Shown piece after piece: positions 1-10,805 of a stretch of DNA of 64,000 nt (position 1 is its first letter; every line of letters begins with the position of its first letter). The notes under the pieces are model-generated. The model had not been told where the DNA came from and did no database searches. It was given only the letters and a program-made list of their open reading frames with translations. The DNA is from an uncultured Rhizobiaceae bacterium (GTDB taxonomy: Bacteria > Pseudomonadota > Alphaproteobacteria > UBA828), in NCBI GenBank assembly GCA_964624055.1, contig CAZUXZ010000133.1:18722-82721 (forward strand), given 5' to 3'. Both the position numbers and the translations under genes were made by a program.

Positions 1-881
1 ACGGCATGGCCCCCCGGCCTAATATCCTGATCGTGGCGCGCGGCGGCGGCAGTTTGGAGGATCTCTGGGCGTTCAACGAGGAGGAAGTAGTCCGCGCGAC
101 GGCGGAGAGCGAAATTCCGCTCATATCCGCCATTGGCCATGAGACAGATATCACCCTTATCGACCTAGCCGCCGACCGGCGCGCACCGACCCCGACGGCG
201 GCGGCAGAAATGGCGGTACCGGTGCGCGCAGATTTGATTGACGATTTGATGGGTCGAGAGCGGCGGTTGATCTCAGCCACGGCGCGCCTTCTCGCCGAAC
301 GGCGCAGCTATCTCGCCGGCCTGGCGCGCGGTCTGCCCGACGCCGCCTACCTATTGGGCACAGCGGCACAGCGGCTTGACGATTGGTCCGAGCGCCTCGC
401 CAATTCAGGACGGATCTCGCTGAGAACGCGGTCTGATCATATTGCCAAGCTCGGCTATCAATTGCCTCGTCCACGCGAGGCGCTGGCAGAGAAGCAACGC
501 GAGTTGGCGCGTGTGGCCGCGGGCCTACAACCCCGCGCTCTGGAGATACATATCAGGGAAAGCGTGCGGCAGAGCGGCGCTCTCGGCGAGCGGGCGGTGC
601 GCGCCCTGCGCCAGCGTCTGGCACGGGAGACTGAGCGCGTAGAAGCGCTCGACCGTCTGCTCGACAGCTTCTCCTATGAGCGCGTGCTGGAACGCGGCTT
701 CGTTCTGGTGCACGACGACAAGATGCGGCCGGTTACATCGGTGGCGGCGTTGAAGCCCGGTATGGAGGTGGCGCTCCGATTCCATGACGGTGAGGCAGCG
801 GCAGTTACAGCTGGACAGCCCAAGGGAAGTAAGAAATTTGCCCCAGGCGGAGAAGACGGCGAACAAGGTTCCCTGCTGTGA
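1..881 (+). CDS. xseA: Exodeoxyribonuclease VII large subunit, C-terminal part (5' end truncated by window edge)
   Basis: ORF 6..881 has the motifs [16 protein letters not shown] and [12 protein letters not shown] typical of XseA. The frame is open to the window start. The 291 aa are shorter than full-length XseA. Confidence 0.85.
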   Translation, partial: GMAPRPNILIVARGGGSLEDLWAFNEEEVVRATAESEIPLISAIGHETDITLIDLAADRRAPTPTAAAEMAVPVRADLIDDLMGRERRLISATARLLAERRSYLAGLARGLPDAAYLLGTAAQRLDDWSERLANSGRISLRTRSDHIAKLGYQLPRPREALAEKQRELARVAAGLQPRALEIHIRESVRQSGALGERAVRALRQRLARETERVEALDRLLDSFSYERVLERGFVLVHDDKMRPVTSVAALKPGMEVALRFHDGEAAAVTAGQPKGSKKFAPGGEDGEQGSLL

Positions 882-1693
882 GGCAATTAGCATTCGTATT
901 TATGGTTCTTCTCTTTGCTGCCGCGCTGCCACTGGGCGCCAAAGAAATTCGGCTGGAAGGAAATTTTGTGCAGGGCGGTCTAGTGTTTGGCACGACGCAG
1001 CCGGACAGCTTGGTTTCCCTGGATGGGCGCGTGCTCAGGCTTTCGCCTAACGGTGTTTTCGTCTTCGGCTTCGGCCGCGATGCAGCGCCGGACGCGGCCC
1101 TCCAGGTCATCAAGCCGGACGGTTCGCAATCGGTGCGCAAGCTCGCCATCGCCAGGCGCGACTATGACATCCAGCGTATAGACGGTCTGCCACCCAAGAT
1201 GGTAACGCCGCCTGAGGAAGTTCTGCAACGCATTCGCGAGGAGGGTGCAAGGGTGCGCAACGCTCGTGGCTTTGATATGGCTGAGAGCTTCTTCAAAGAG
1301 GCCTTTATCTGGCCGGCGGAAGGGCGCATTTCCGGCGTCTACGGCAGCCAGAGAATATTGAACGGCGAGCCACGACAGCCCCATTTCGGTATCGATATCG
1401 CGGCGACGACCGGAACGCTAGTGATCGCCCCGGCCGGCGGCGAAATCCGCCTTGCCGAGCCTGATCTTTATTTTTCCGGTGGCACCATCATTCTTGATCA
1501 TGGCCATGGCCTCAGCTCGTCTTTTCTCCATATGAGCCGGATCGATGTCGCGATCGGCCAGCGTGTGGTGCAGGGCGAGGTGATTGGCACGGTCGGTGCT
1601 ACTGGGCGGGTAACCGGTGCGCATCTGGATTGGCGCATGAACTGGTTTGACCGGCGCGTCGACCCGGCCATGTTGATTGAGACGAGGAATTAG
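878..1693 (+). CDS. M23 family metallopeptidase (murein endopeptidase-like) with N-terminal signal peptide
   Basis: Hydrophobic N-terminus. C-terminal [18 protein letters not shown]...[16 protein letters not shown]...[13 protein letters not shown] is the LytM/M23 signature. There is a 4-nt overlap with xseA. Confidence 0.85.
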   Translation: MRQLAFVFMVLLFAAALPLGAKEIRLEGNFVQGGLVFGTTQPDSLVSLDGRVLRLSPNGVFVFGFGRDAAPDAALQVIKPDGSQSVRKLAIARRDYDIQRIDGLPPKMVTPPEEVLQRIREEGARVRNARGFDMAESFFKEAFIWPAEGRISGVYGSQRILNGEPRQPHFGIDIAATTGTLVIAPAGGEIRLAEPDLYFSGGTIILDHGHGLSSSFLHMSRIDVAIGQRVVQGEVIGTVGATGRVTGAHLDWRMNWFDRRVDPAMLIETRN

Positions 1694-1694
1694 C

Positions 1695-2591
1695 TCAACC
1701 ATTCTTGGGCCAGCGATTGTGTAGCCAGAGCCATTGCCAGGGGCTGTCGCGAATCCAGCCTTCCATCATGTAGTTGATCCGTCGCATAGTCTCGGCCACA
1801 TCGGCCGTCGCATCGTCGGAGCGCGGTAAGTCGAGGCGTGGGTAGATAGTCACGCGGAAGCGGCATCCCTTTAGGCGCTCCGTTCGAACCGGCCACACCG
1901 GGAGGTCATATTTGCGGGCAAGCTGGGCAAGCGCCGGCGCAGTCATAGCATCGCGGCCGAAAAACGGTACCGCGATTCCGTCATTCATTTTCTGATCTAC
2001 CAGCATGGCGGTGTAGCCGCCCTCTCGTACCTGGCGCACCATTTGGCGTGCGCCGGCGGCACCTTTGGCGATCGCATTTTCAGTAATCCCTCTACCGCGG
2101 GCATCGCGAATTAGGCGATCCACAATGGGATTGTTGGGCGCCCGATAGACAAAGGCAATCGGGATTCCATACTGGATTACTGGTAGGCCGGAAACCTCCC
2201 AATTGCCGATATGTCCGGTGAAAAACATACCGCACCCTGATTCTTTCGCGGTGGCTAAGTTTCTTTCGCCAACCACCTCGATACGCGCACCAGCGTCAAA
2301 AGCACGGAATTTGGCGAGATGGGGATATTCGCCGGCCACCCGTCCGAGGTGGCGCCACATTTTACTTAGCGTGCGGGTCACTTCCTCTGACGACATTTCG
2401 GGCATGGCACGCATCATATTACGCCGTGCTTGGACGTGGAGCGGCAGGAACGGGCCGAGCAGACCGGCCAGCGTGCCGCTTAGCCAGGAAGCAACGGGCA
2501 ACGGCATGATGCGAAGAATCCCGAACAAAGCCCTGACCACTACACCCTCCAGGGCATAACGCAGCCGTTTGGTCATGCCAGGCTCAGCCAT
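1695..2591 (-). CDS. lpxL: Lipid A biosynthesis lauroyl/myristoyl acyltransferase (LpxL/HtrB family)
   Basis: LpxL-family motifs (MLVDQKMNDGIAVPFFGRDAMTAPALAQLARKYDLPV). The track ORF extends to 2642 and would overlap the lpxK 3' end by 59 nt. The likely real start is an internal Met near 2591 or 2576. Confidence 0.8.
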   Translation of the reverse strand: MAEPGMTKRLRYALEGVVVRALFGILRIMPLPVASWLSGTLAGLLGPFLPLHVQARRNMMRAMPEMSSEEVTRTLSKMWRHLGRVAGEYPHLAKFRAFDAGARIEVVGERNLATAKESGCGMFFTGHIGNWEVSGLPVIQYGIPIAFVYRAPNNPIVDRLIRDARGRGITENAIAKGAAGARQMVRQVREGGYTAMLVDQKMNDGIAVPFFGRDAMTAPALAQLARKYDLPVWPVRTERLKGCRFRVTIYPRLDLPRSDDATADVAETMRRINYMMEGWIRDSPWQWLWLHNRWPKNG

Positions 2592-3585
2592 CGGCGAGCG
2601 CGCCACTGGTGAGCGGCGGTCGAATAATCCGCTCGACTGCATCCGGGTCTTGCCATTTGAGAGTGACGGGTACTGGCTTGACTATCAGCTTCGCTTCTGG
2701 CGGCAGGCGGACCCAGTCCTTTTCCGTGGTGACTGGTATAGCGTCCTGGGTGTCGGCATGTTCCAACAATGTCATTATCTCGCTCGGCGTAAAGCGGTGA
2801 TGATCGGCGAAGGCGACGCGGCGGACGATATTGCAGCCGATCGTTTCCAGGGTCGCAAAAAATTTGGCGGGTCGGGCGATTCCGGCAAAGGCGACTACTG
2901 CACGGTCGCGCAATTTTAGCGTTTGTAGGCTCGGCGTTAGCTCGGCGTGAAGCAGCGGCACCTCGCTGCTGCCGAGTCGCGCCGCGAGGCCGGTCTCGTC
3001 GGCGCCGATCAGCACAACCGCATCGGCCCTGGCCAGACCGCGCGCAACCGGCTCGCGCAACGGGCCCGCCGGCAATCGCCGCTCATTGCCAAAACCGAAC
3101 CCGGCATCGACAACCATCAGTGAGATATCCTTGATGAGCGAGGGGTTCTGGAAACCGTCATCCATGATGATCGCTTCGGCGCCTGCAGCGACCGCCAAGC
3201 GCGCACCGGCGGGGCGGTTGTCGGCGAGCCAGGTCGGCGCCCAGCGTGCCAGCAGAAGCGGCTCGTCACCGACCCTGCGAGCATCGTGCAGTTTGGCGGC
3301 AACGCGTAGCGGCCCGTGCGCTGCGCCGCCATAGCCGCGGGTAAGAAAGTGCACGGCTATGCCCCAGTCCCTGATCATCTTGGCTAGCGCGATTGCGGTG
3401 GGCGGTTTACCGCTGCCGCCGACTGTCACATTGCCGACGCAGATTATGGGCACACCCGCGCGCTTCGGTGAGATAAAGGCACGACATATTTGGTCGCAAG
3501 CTGAATAAATCGGAACAAATGGTGCGAGCAGGTTGGCCGGTAGACTTGCAGCCCGCCCAGGGTCCCAAAATCTAGGCGCGCGCAT
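2584..3585 (-). CDS. lpxK: Tetraacyldisaccharide 4'-kinase
   Basis: P-loop ICVGNVTVGGSGKPPTAIALA and an LpxK-like length (333 aa). It lies directly next to waaA. Confidence 0.9.
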   Translation of the reverse strand: MRAPRFWDPGRAASLPANLLAPFVPIYSACDQICRAFISPKRAGVPIICVGNVTVGGSGKPPTAIALAKMIRDWGIAVHFLTRGYGGAAHGPLRVAAKLHDARRVGDEPLLLARWAPTWLADNRPAGARLAVAAGAEAIIMDDGFQNPSLIKDISLMVVDAGFGFGNERRLPAGPLREPVARGLARADAVVLIGADETGLAARLGSSEVPLLHAELTPSLQTLKLRDRAVVAFAGIARPAKFFATLETIGCNIVRRVAFADHHRFTPSEIMTLLEHADTQDAIPVTTEKDWVRLPPEAKLIVKPVPVTLKWQDPDAVERIIRPPLTSGALADG

Positions 3586-4870
3586 GGGCTGGCTCCGTCA
3601 CGTCTCTAAGGAGGTGTAGGATTTCCGCTAGCGCCCGGTCGCTCGCGCCTCCAAGCTCTCGAGCTGCCACATCTGCCGCTTCCGCCCGCTTTCGGGTCAG
3701 CGTCGTGTTGTGCAACAGCGGTGCCAGTGCGCTGGCGAGATCGTCCGCGCGAGCAACACGGGTGAGCGCATCGGCATATTCCAGGACGCGACAGGCATCT
3801 TCAAAATTGCGCATATCCGGGCCGGCGAGAAGCGCATTGCCGAGAAGCGCCGGTTCGACCGGATTATGCCCGCCATGATCCGCAAACGAACCAGCGACAA
3901 AGACGATTTCCGAGGCCCGGTACAGGAGACCCATCTCGCCTAGGGTGTCGGCGACATAGATGTCGGTCTCCGGGGTGATATGGTCGCCCGTGCTCCTTTT
4001 GGCGACCCGGAAGCCGCGCCCGCGTAGCATGGCGTCGACCACCTCGCCACGTTCGGGATGGCGCGGAGCGATCATGGTGAGAAGACCTGGGACATCGCCG
4101 ACAAGCGCGTTATGGGCCTTGGCGGCGGCGTCTTCGTCGCCGGGATGGCTGCTCGCCATGAGCCAATGGGGTCGGAAGCCAACTTCCCGCCTTAGAGCTT
4201 TGAGGGCCGTATCATTGGCGGGGAGTGGCGGGGCGTCAAATTTGATATTACCGGCGAGTCTGACCGTTGCTGCGCCCAACGATTGGAGGCGGGTGGCATC
4301 TTCCTCGCTCTGAGCGAGACATACATTAAAGGCGCTGAGGAGCGGTGCGATCAAGCGTGGCATGCGGCGCCAGCGCCTAGTGGAGCGTTCCGACATGCGC
4401 GCGTTTACCATAACCATAGGTATTTGCCGGCCCGCGACGGCAAGCACCAGATTGGGCCAGAGTTCTGATTCGACCCAGACTGCCACGTTCGGTCGCCAAT
4501 GGTCGAGAAATCGCTTCACTGCTGCCGGTCGATCGATTGGGACATATTGATGCATCATGTTGTCGCTAAGGCGTTTTTCCAGTAACCGGGCTGACGTTAC
4601 AGTGCCGGATGTGATCAGCACAGCGAGGCCCTTGGCACGAAGACGCTCGGCGAGCGGCAGTACGGCGAAGGATTCGCCGACGCTCGCAGCATGGGCCCAG
4701 ACGAGGCAGCCTCCCGGGCGCGCTAGGCTGGCATGACCGAGGCGCTCTTGGAAGCGGGTTTCATCCTCCTTGCCCTGTCCACGTCGCCGCACTAACCAGA
4801 AGTATATAGCCGGCGCCGCGAGGTCGCTCAGGCCGCGATAGAGAGCGGGAGTTGCTAGCGCTCCGATCAT
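3572..4870 (-). CDS. waaA: 3-deoxy-D-manno-octulosonic acid (Kdo) transferase
   Basis: Kdo transferase N-terminal domain motif (VWAHAASVGESFAVLPLAERLR). The 432 aa C-terminus has a glycosyltransferase fold. There is a 14-nt overlap with lpxK. Confidence 0.9.
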   Translation of the reverse strand: MIGALATPALYRGLSDLAAPAIYFWLVRRRGQGKEDETRFQERLGHASLARPGGCLVWAHAASVGESFAVLPLAERLRAKGLAVLITSGTVTSARLLEKRLSDNMMHQYVPIDRPAAVKRFLDHWRPNVAVWVESELWPNLVLAVAGRQIPMVMVNARMSERSTRRWRRMPRLIAPLLSAFNVCLAQSEEDATRLQSLGAATVRLAGNIKFDAPPLPANDTALKALRREVGFRPHWLMASSHPGDEDAAAKAHNALVGDVPGLLTMIAPRHPERGEVVDAMLRGRGFRVAKRSTGDHITPETDIYVADTLGEMGLLYRASEIVFVAGSFADHGGHNPVEPALLGNALLAGPDMRNFEDACRVLEYADALTRVARADDLASALAPLLHNTTLTRKRAEAADVAARELGGASDRALAEILHLLRDVTEPAHARA

Positions 4871-5565
4871 GTCGTTTCTGCTTTTGCAGGCTTCACCGGC
4901 TCGACCCCCATGCGGCGGTCGGCGGTCTCCGACAATTCGTTGAGGCTACGTTCCACCTCGAACCGTGCCGCTTCGAGTGCTATCTCGTCGGCGTTTGGCG
5001 CGACATGGATTGGATTGCCCCATAGGTAGAGGCCGCGGCTAAAGGGAAGAGCGATGATAAAGCGGTCCCAGCTAGATGCCAGCCTACGACGCGAGACCGA
5101 ATAGGTCGCTGGCACGATGGGTGCGCCCGATAGCCTGGCCAAGAGCACGATCCCCATCTGCGCTCGCATGCGCGGCCCTCGCGGCCCGTCCGGAGTGATG
5201 GCGACGCTGGTACCATTCTTGACGATATCCAGCATCTCGCGAAGCGCCGTGGCGCCGCCTCGCGTGGTCGAGCCACGTACCGCGCGCACGCCGAAATAAT
5301 GCACCGTGCGGGCGCTCATCTCCCCGTCGCGATGCTGAGAAATCATTACCGTGAGCGGTGCGGTTCGGCGCCAGCCCGTCGGCGCCATCAACAGACGGCC
5401 ATGCCAAAAGGCGGCTATTAAAGGCTTGCCGTTGCGTATCATCTCTTCCGCCGGTCCGTGCCCCTCAATGCGCCACCGGCTGGTGACATAAACCAATCGA
5501 ATATAATTTGCCGCAATCCAGCACAGCAGCCCCTGAAAGGCCGAAGATTGAAGCAGTTGCTTCAT
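4867..5565 (-). CDS. DUF374 domain protein (lysophospholipid acyltransferase-like), Kdo/lipid A cluster member
   Basis: ITPDGPRGPRM and MISQHRDGE motifs typical of DUF374 proteins found beside waaA in alphaproteobacteria. There is a 4-nt overlap with waaA. Confidence 0.7.
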   Translation of the reverse strand: MKQLLQSSAFQGLLCWIAANYIRLVYVTSRWRIEGHGPAEEMIRNGKPLIAAFWHGRLLMAPTGWRRTAPLTVMISQHRDGEMSARTVHYFGVRAVRGSTTRGGATALREMLDIVKNGTSVAITPDGPRGPRMRAQMGIVLLARLSGAPIVPATYSVSRRRLASSWDRFIIALPFSRGLYLWGNPIHVAPNADEIALEAARFEVERSLNELSETADRRMGVEPVKPAKAETT

Positions 5566-5593
5566 GCCGGTGGGCGTGGCAGCCGGCGCACGG

Positions 5594-7408
5594 CTAGTCT
5601 GCCGCGCCGTCCACGCTCGCTTCGCCCATCACGCCGGCGGTGCTTCCCGGCAACAACTCCAGCGAATAGAGCCGGGCATAGGCGCCGTTCTTGGCCATCA
5701 GCGAACGGTGCGAGCCAGATTCCACTACGTGCCCCTCTTCGATATAGTGGATGATATCGGCTTCCTGTACGGTGGCAAGGCGGTGCGCGATGACGAGCGT
5801 AGTTCGCCCCTGCATGAGACGGCTGAGCGATTTCTGGATCAACCGCTCGGTCTCCGGATCGAGCGCAGATGTTGCCTCGTCAAGTAGCAGAATGGGCGCG
5901 TCCTTGAGCATGGCGCGGGCGATCGAAAGGCGCTGGCGCTGGCCGCCGGAGAGTTTCGCGCCCTGCTCGCCAATTATCGTGTCGTAACCCTCGGGCATGC
6001 CGATGATGAAGTCATGTGCGCCGGCGCTCTTCGCCGCTTCCACAATCTCTTCCGCGTTCGCGTCCATCCTGCCATAGGCGATGTTGGCATGGATGCTGTC
6101 GTCGAATAGTACAGTCTCTTGACTCACCAGGCCAATGGCGTCCCGCAACGAGGCTAGGTCGACCTTGGTCACATCCGTTCCGTCGATGAAAACGCACCCG
6201 GTATCGGCGTCATAGAAGCGCGGAATGAGATTGAGGATGGTTGATTTTCCGGCGCCGGACCGGCCCACCAACGCCACTGTCTTGCCTGCTGGTACCTCAA
6301 GCGAAATATCGTGTAGTGCCGCTGTGCCAGTCCCGTAGGTGAAGCGGACATGCTCGAAGGCGATCTCGCCGCCCGTGACCTTTAGAGTCGGCGCATTCGG
6401 CGGTCCGGTGATGGATGGCTTGGTATCGAGGATCTTGAACACTCGCTCAGTCGCGGCGAGACCTTCCTGCAAATTAGTGTTTAGATTGGCGAGCGCCTTA
6501 AGCGGCTGATAGGCAAGCAGCATGGCAGTGACGAAGGCCATGAATTCGCCCTTTGTCAGCGTGCCATCGATAACTTGCCAGCCGCCATAGAGGATGATCA
6601 ACGCGATGAAAACGCCGCCCAGCGTCTCCATGATCGGCGAGGCGGCGGCTCGGGTGCGTAGCGCCTTGAAGATGAGGCGGAAGACAGTTTCAATCCGCCA
6701 TTCGGTTCGCGCGGATTCGAAATCTTCCATGTTATAGGCCTTGACATGCCGCGCGCCTTGAAATGCCTCATTAAGTCGCGCGGTGAAACTTGCTAGCTCG
6801 CCGAGTGCCGAAGTCGAGACCTTGCGCATGCGCCGGCCGATGCGAACAATCGGATAAACCGCAAGCGGAAAGACGACGAAAGCGATTAACGCAAGCTTCC
6901 AATCCTTCTCGAACATGACACCTAAGAGAAAGAGCAAGGTAAGCGAATCTTTGACCGCGCCGGTAATCGCGTTGGCAACTGCGTTACGCATCAGATTGAT
7001 GTCGTTGGTCATGCGTGACACCAGCTTGCCCGAGGCAGTGTCGTGGAAGAAGGCTAGGTCGAAGCGGATGACGTGGCGGAATAGGCGGTTTTGTAGATCG
7101 GCGATGATGCGCTGACCAACGAATGCCAAGAGAACGGCCTGGCCATAGGTCGACGCACCCTTGATCAGAGTGACGACTAGAATTGCGATCGGCACCGCGA
7201 CCAGCATTTCGCGGTCCTGTTTGTCAAACACGTCGTCCATCACCGGTTCCATGAGATAGGCAAGTGCTGCCGTGCTGCTGGCGACTATGGCCATGAGCAG
7301 CATCGCCATGCCGAGGCGCAGCAGATGTGGCCGCACATGCTCGCGTATGAGCCGTTTCAGGAGAACGCGCGTGCTTGACGGGCGCGCTTCGGGGGTCATT
7401 TCGGACAC
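5594..7408 (-). CDS. msbA: ABC transporter ATP-binding/permease, MsbA-like lipid A exporter
   Basis: Six-TM N-terminal domain plus an ABC ATPase domain (Walker A GRSGAGKST, signature LSGGQRQR, Walker B ILLLDEATSALD). The position in the lipid A cluster supports MsbA. Confidence 0.8.
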   Translation of the reverse strand: MSEMTPEARPSSTRVLLKRLIREHVRPHLLRLGMAMLLMAIVASSTAALAYLMEPVMDDVFDKQDREMLVAVPIAILVVTLIKGASTYGQAVLLAFVGQRIIADLQNRLFRHVIRFDLAFFHDTASGKLVSRMTNDINLMRNAVANAITGAVKDSLTLLFLLGVMFEKDWKLALIAFVVFPLAVYPIVRIGRRMRKVSTSALGELASFTARLNEAFQGARHVKAYNMEDFESARTEWRIETVFRLIFKALRTRAAASPIMETLGGVFIALIILYGGWQVIDGTLTKGEFMAFVTAMLLAYQPLKALANLNTNLQEGLAATERVFKILDTKPSITGPPNAPTLKVTGGEIAFEHVRFTYGTGTAALHDISLEVPAGKTVALVGRSGAGKSTILNLIPRFYDADTGCVFIDGTDVTKVDLASLRDAIGLVSQETVLFDDSIHANIAYGRMDANAEEIVEAAKSAGAHDFIIGMPEGYDTIIGEQGAKLSGGQRQRLSIARAMLKDAPILLLDEATSALDPETERLIQKSLSRLMQGRTTLVIAHRLATVQEADIIHYIEEGHVVESGSHRSLMAKNGAYARLYSLELLPGSTAGVMGEASVDGAAD

Positions 7409-7501
7409 CGGTTCGTCAGCTTTCCGCGACTTTATCTACTAATGTATTCAAGCAAGGCACGAATCATACCACGGCTGGCGGTTATCGGCCAATCGCCTCG
7501 C

Positions 7502-8296
7502 TTATTTCTCTGCCCATTTGCCAAGCTCAGATTTGAGCGCCTCGTGCAGATGGCCATTGCTCGCGAGGCAAGTCGCGTGTTTCGGCTGTTCTTTGTTAAA
7601 TCGTAAATCCTGGCCGGCGATGCTGGTAGTCTTACCGCCGGCTTCTGCCACCAGTAAGTAGCCGGCGCAGATGTCCCAATCAGCTTTTGGCCAGGCACTG
7701 GCGGTGGCGTCGTAGCGACCCTCGGCCACCAGGGCGAGCTTATAGGCGATGGAACTGATGGCATGGATGTTCTCGGCTCGAAACCGCTCTGGCCAGCCGG
7801 CTTCGCGATGCTCTGAGCGACTTGCGAGAATGCTCGCATCTGCCATCTCCGCGCAATCACTCACCGTGATTGTTTCACCGTTGAGGCGCGCGCCGTCGCC
7901 GGCGACGGCCTCGAACATTTCGTCTGCCGCCGGATTATACACCGCGCCCATCAGCGCCCGTCCGTTGGCAATTAGCGCCACCGACACAGCAAATTCCGGT
8001 AGTCCTTTGAGGTAGCTGCTGGTGCCGTCGATTGGATCGACCACCCAGGTGCGCTCGGCAGCAAGCCGAGCGTTGCTGTCATCGGATTCTTCCGAGAGCC
8101 AGCCATAGTCTGGCCGTTCGTTCTTCAGCATGTCGCTGAGCACGGTGTTGGTTTCGATGTCCGCCTGGCAAACTGGGTGGTGCTTGCTCTTGCGCCACAC
8201 CTTTTGTTCGGTCCTGAAGCGCGCGAGCGCGCAGGCGCCAGCCTCGCGCACTGCGTCTAGCAGCAATCGGTGATCAGCGCCGTCCCGCCTCTTCAT
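7502..8296 (-). CDS. Inositol monophosphatase family protein (CysQ-like 3'(2'),5'-bisphosphate nucleotidase)
   Basis: WVVDPIDGTSSYL and AVYNPAADE motifs of the IMPase/CysQ family, 264 aa. Confidence 0.75.
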   Translation of the reverse strand: MKRRDGADHRLLLDAVREAGACALARFRTEQKVWRKSKHHPVCQADIETNTVLSDMLKNERPDYGWLSEESDDSNARLAAERTWVVDPIDGTSSYLKGLPEFAVSVALIANGRALMGAVYNPAADEMFEAVAGDGARLNGETITVSDCAEMADASILASRSEHREAGWPERFRAENIHAISSIAYKLALVAEGRYDATASAWPKADWDICAGYLLVAEAGGKTTSIAGQDLRFNKEQPKHATCLASNGHLHEALKSELGKWAEK

Positions 8297-9666
8297 TGGC
8301 CTGCCACGGTCATGTCCTCGACGCGCACGGTCGGAGCATCGACCCCGTGGCGGAATTCGAGATCGTTTGCCGGCGCGAGATTGGCGAACATGTCCTTGAG
8401 ATTACCAGCCACCGTGAGCTCGTTCACCGGCCAGACAATCTCACCCTTGTCGATCCAGAAGCCCGCGGCGCCTCGGCTGTAATCGCCGGTCACCCCATTT
8501 ACGCCCATGCCGATCAACTCGGTGACGTAGAGTCCGCTCTCGATATCTTTGATTAACTCCGCCGGGCTCTTTTGGCCGGGCACGAGATATAGGTTGGAGG
8601 GTGCTGGCGCGGGTGGGCCGCCGGTACCACGAGCTGCATGGCCAGTGGATTTTAGGTTCAACTGCCGCGCCGAACGCGAATCGAGCAACCAGGTGGTGAG
8701 CACACCGTCGACGATGATGTCGCTCACCCGCGTAGGTGCGCCCTCTCCGTCAAACGGGCGCGAGCGGAAGCCACGTTTGCGATGGGGATCGTCCACTACC
8801 TTGATGCCATTCGAGAAAACCGATTCGTTTAGACAGTCTTTCAGGAAGCTTGTACCGCGAGCGATCGAGGCGCCAGAGATTGCGCCCGAGAGGTGGCGGA
8901 TCAGGCCGCCTGAGACGCGCGGATCATAAACCACTGGCACCGTGCCGGACGCCGCTTTCTTCGGATTGAGCCGCCTGACGGCACGTTTGCCAGCGCGATT
9001 GCCAATCTCTTCTGGGCTTTCTAAATCCTCCTCGTGGCAGGCGGAGGACCAGTCGTAATCGCGCTCCATCTCCGTGTCCTGGCCGGCGAGGACCGAAACG
9101 CTGAAAGAAAAGCGGGAGGTTTCGTATGCGCCGGAAAAACCGCCAGACGTGGCGAGCTGGGCGTGGCTCTTGCTCCAGCTTGCATTGCCACCTTCTGAAT
9201 TGGTTACGCCAGGGACCGCGCGGGCTGAATCCTCAGCGCGCTTGGCCCAAGTGATCAGATTCTGCGCGTCGGGTTCACCTTTATCCGCTAGATCTAGCTC
9301 GGGCCATTTCTGCGCTAGCTCTTCGGGATTGAGCAGGCCGCAATAGGGGTCCTCGGGCACGGCGCGCGCCATGGAGATGGCGCGTTCGGCGAGCGTGTTG
9401 AGGGCATCGCCAGTGAAATCGGTGGTCGAAACTATCGCCTGGCGCTGGCCTATTAGCACTCGCAAGCCGAGATCACGGCCCTCCGAGCGTTCAAGATCCT
9501 CCGGCTTGCCAAGGCGGTAGCTGGCGCTAAGGGCAGTGTCATGGGCGATCACGGCGTCTGCTGCGTCAGCGCCGGCCTTTTTGGCCTTGTCCAGGAGCGC
9601 GTCGAGAATATCTGCGGAATCTGGGTTTCCGGTCATGCATAAGGTCCAATTGTTGTGGAAGGTCAA
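8293..9666 (-). CDS. pmbA: Metalloprotease PmbA (TldE)
   Basis: TldD/PmbA family fold and 457 aa. It lacks the HExxxH motif that the TldD paralog at 18090 has. There is a 4-nt overlap with the upstream gene. Confidence 0.8.
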   Translation of the reverse strand: MTFHNNWTLCMTGNPDSADILDALLDKAKKAGADAADAVIAHDTALSASYRLGKPEDLERSEGRDLGLRVLIGQRQAIVSTTDFTGDALNTLAERAISMARAVPEDPYCGLLNPEELAQKWPELDLADKGEPDAQNLITWAKRAEDSARAVPGVTNSEGGNASWSKSHAQLATSGGFSGAYETSRFSFSVSVLAGQDTEMERDYDWSSACHEEDLESPEEIGNRAGKRAVRRLNPKKAASGTVPVVYDPRVSGGLIRHLSGAISGASIARGTSFLKDCLNESVFSNGIKVVDDPHRKRGFRSRPFDGEGAPTRVSDIIVDGVLTTWLLDSRSARQLNLKSTGHAARGTGGPPAPAPSNLYLVPGQKSPAELIKDIESGLYVTELIGMGVNGVTGDYSRGAAGFWIDKGEIVWPVNELTVAGNLKDMFANLAPANDLEFRHGVDAPTVRVEDMTVAGQ

Positions 9667-9716
9667 AATCAGTCCCGCAGCTTATATAGTGCCGGTGGGT
9701 GATTTCTGCCAGGATG

Positions 9717-10655
9717 CTATGGCAAATCGAGTAGGCCTTCGTGGCGCATCCAGGCGACAAGATCGGCAAACATGTTCTCAAGAGCAACTGGTTTGAAGCC
9801 GAGCTCGCGCTTCGCCTTGGAACAGTCGATAATCTGATTGCTCGACATCAGGCCGAACATTTCCTCCGTCATGCCTGGGTCGCGCTCAGCGGAGGGATAG
9901 GGCGCCGTGCCGCCGACCAGTCGGGCTACGGTCTCGCCAACTTCGGCGAAGCTCGCCTGAGCGCCGGCAAGGAGATAGCGATTGCCGCGCCGGCCCTTTT
10001 CGCAAGCGGCGATATGGGCGCGCGCCACCTCTTCGACGTGACAAAAGGCGGCGCCACCGGCACCGACCGTCTCCAGTTCACCCTTGGCGACCGCCTGGAT
10101 GAAAGGCCCCCAGATCACGTTGTCGAATGGTCCGACCACATTGGCTGGGTTGACAACCACAACATCTAGTCCGCGCTCAAGCCCGGCTAATGCCGCTTCC
10201 TCGGCGAGTTTCTTAGTGCGAAAGTAATTGATTGGAATTTTACCCACATTAGAGGGCGACTCCTCATTGATCTCGATATTGTCCTGCAGCCCCCAGCTCG
10301 CACCCGACGAGGTATGAATGAAGCGCCCGGCGCCATTGGCGAGTGCGCAAGTAATCATATTAACAGTCCCGTCGATATTGTCTCGATTCTGCGCCACGTC
10401 GCTTGCGGCGTCGAAGCTGACATTGCCGGCGACGTGATAGACCGCGTCGACGCCTTCTGGCATGGCGACCTCAAGCGAGGCGGCATCGGTGATATCGCCG
10501 ACGACGCGACGCGCGTCCAAGCGTGAGAGATAAGCGAGGTTGGAGCTTCTTCGGTGAAGGGCGGTGACGTCCCACCCCGTCGCGACCAGCTCCTTGACTA
10601 GATTGACGCCGATGAATCCCGAAGCGCCGGTGACGAAAGCAGTTTTTTGGCTCAT
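9717..10655 (-). CDS. NAD-dependent epimerase/dehydratase family protein
   Basis: N-terminal Rossmann motif VTGASGFIGVNLV and a YxxxK-type SDR-extended family layout, 312 aa. Confidence 0.75.
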   Translation of the reverse strand: MSQKTAFVTGASGFIGVNLVKELVATGWDVTALHRRSSNLAYLSRLDARRVVGDITDAASLEVAMPEGVDAVYHVAGNVSFDAASDVAQNRDNIDGTVNMITCALANGAGRFIHTSSGASWGLQDNIEINEESPSNVGKIPINYFRTKKLAEEAALAGLERGLDVVVVNPANVVGPFDNVIWGPFIQAVAKGELETVGAGGAAFCHVEEVARAHIAACEKGRRGNRYLLAGAQASFAEVGETVARLVGGTAPYPSAERDPGMTEEMFGLMSSNQIIDCSKAKRELGFKPVALENMFADLVAWMRHEGLLDLP

Positions 10656-10805
10656 ATAATTATTCCTTGGTCCGCGAGGGCCACGCGTGGTGGCGTCATA
10701 TGCGCTTCATAGCATTTCCACTGGCCGATCTTGGCATCGTACAGAGCCCCGTCGCTTGGCTCGGCCGGCTCGCCCTGAGATGGTCTTGGGTCACGGCGCG
10801 TGGAA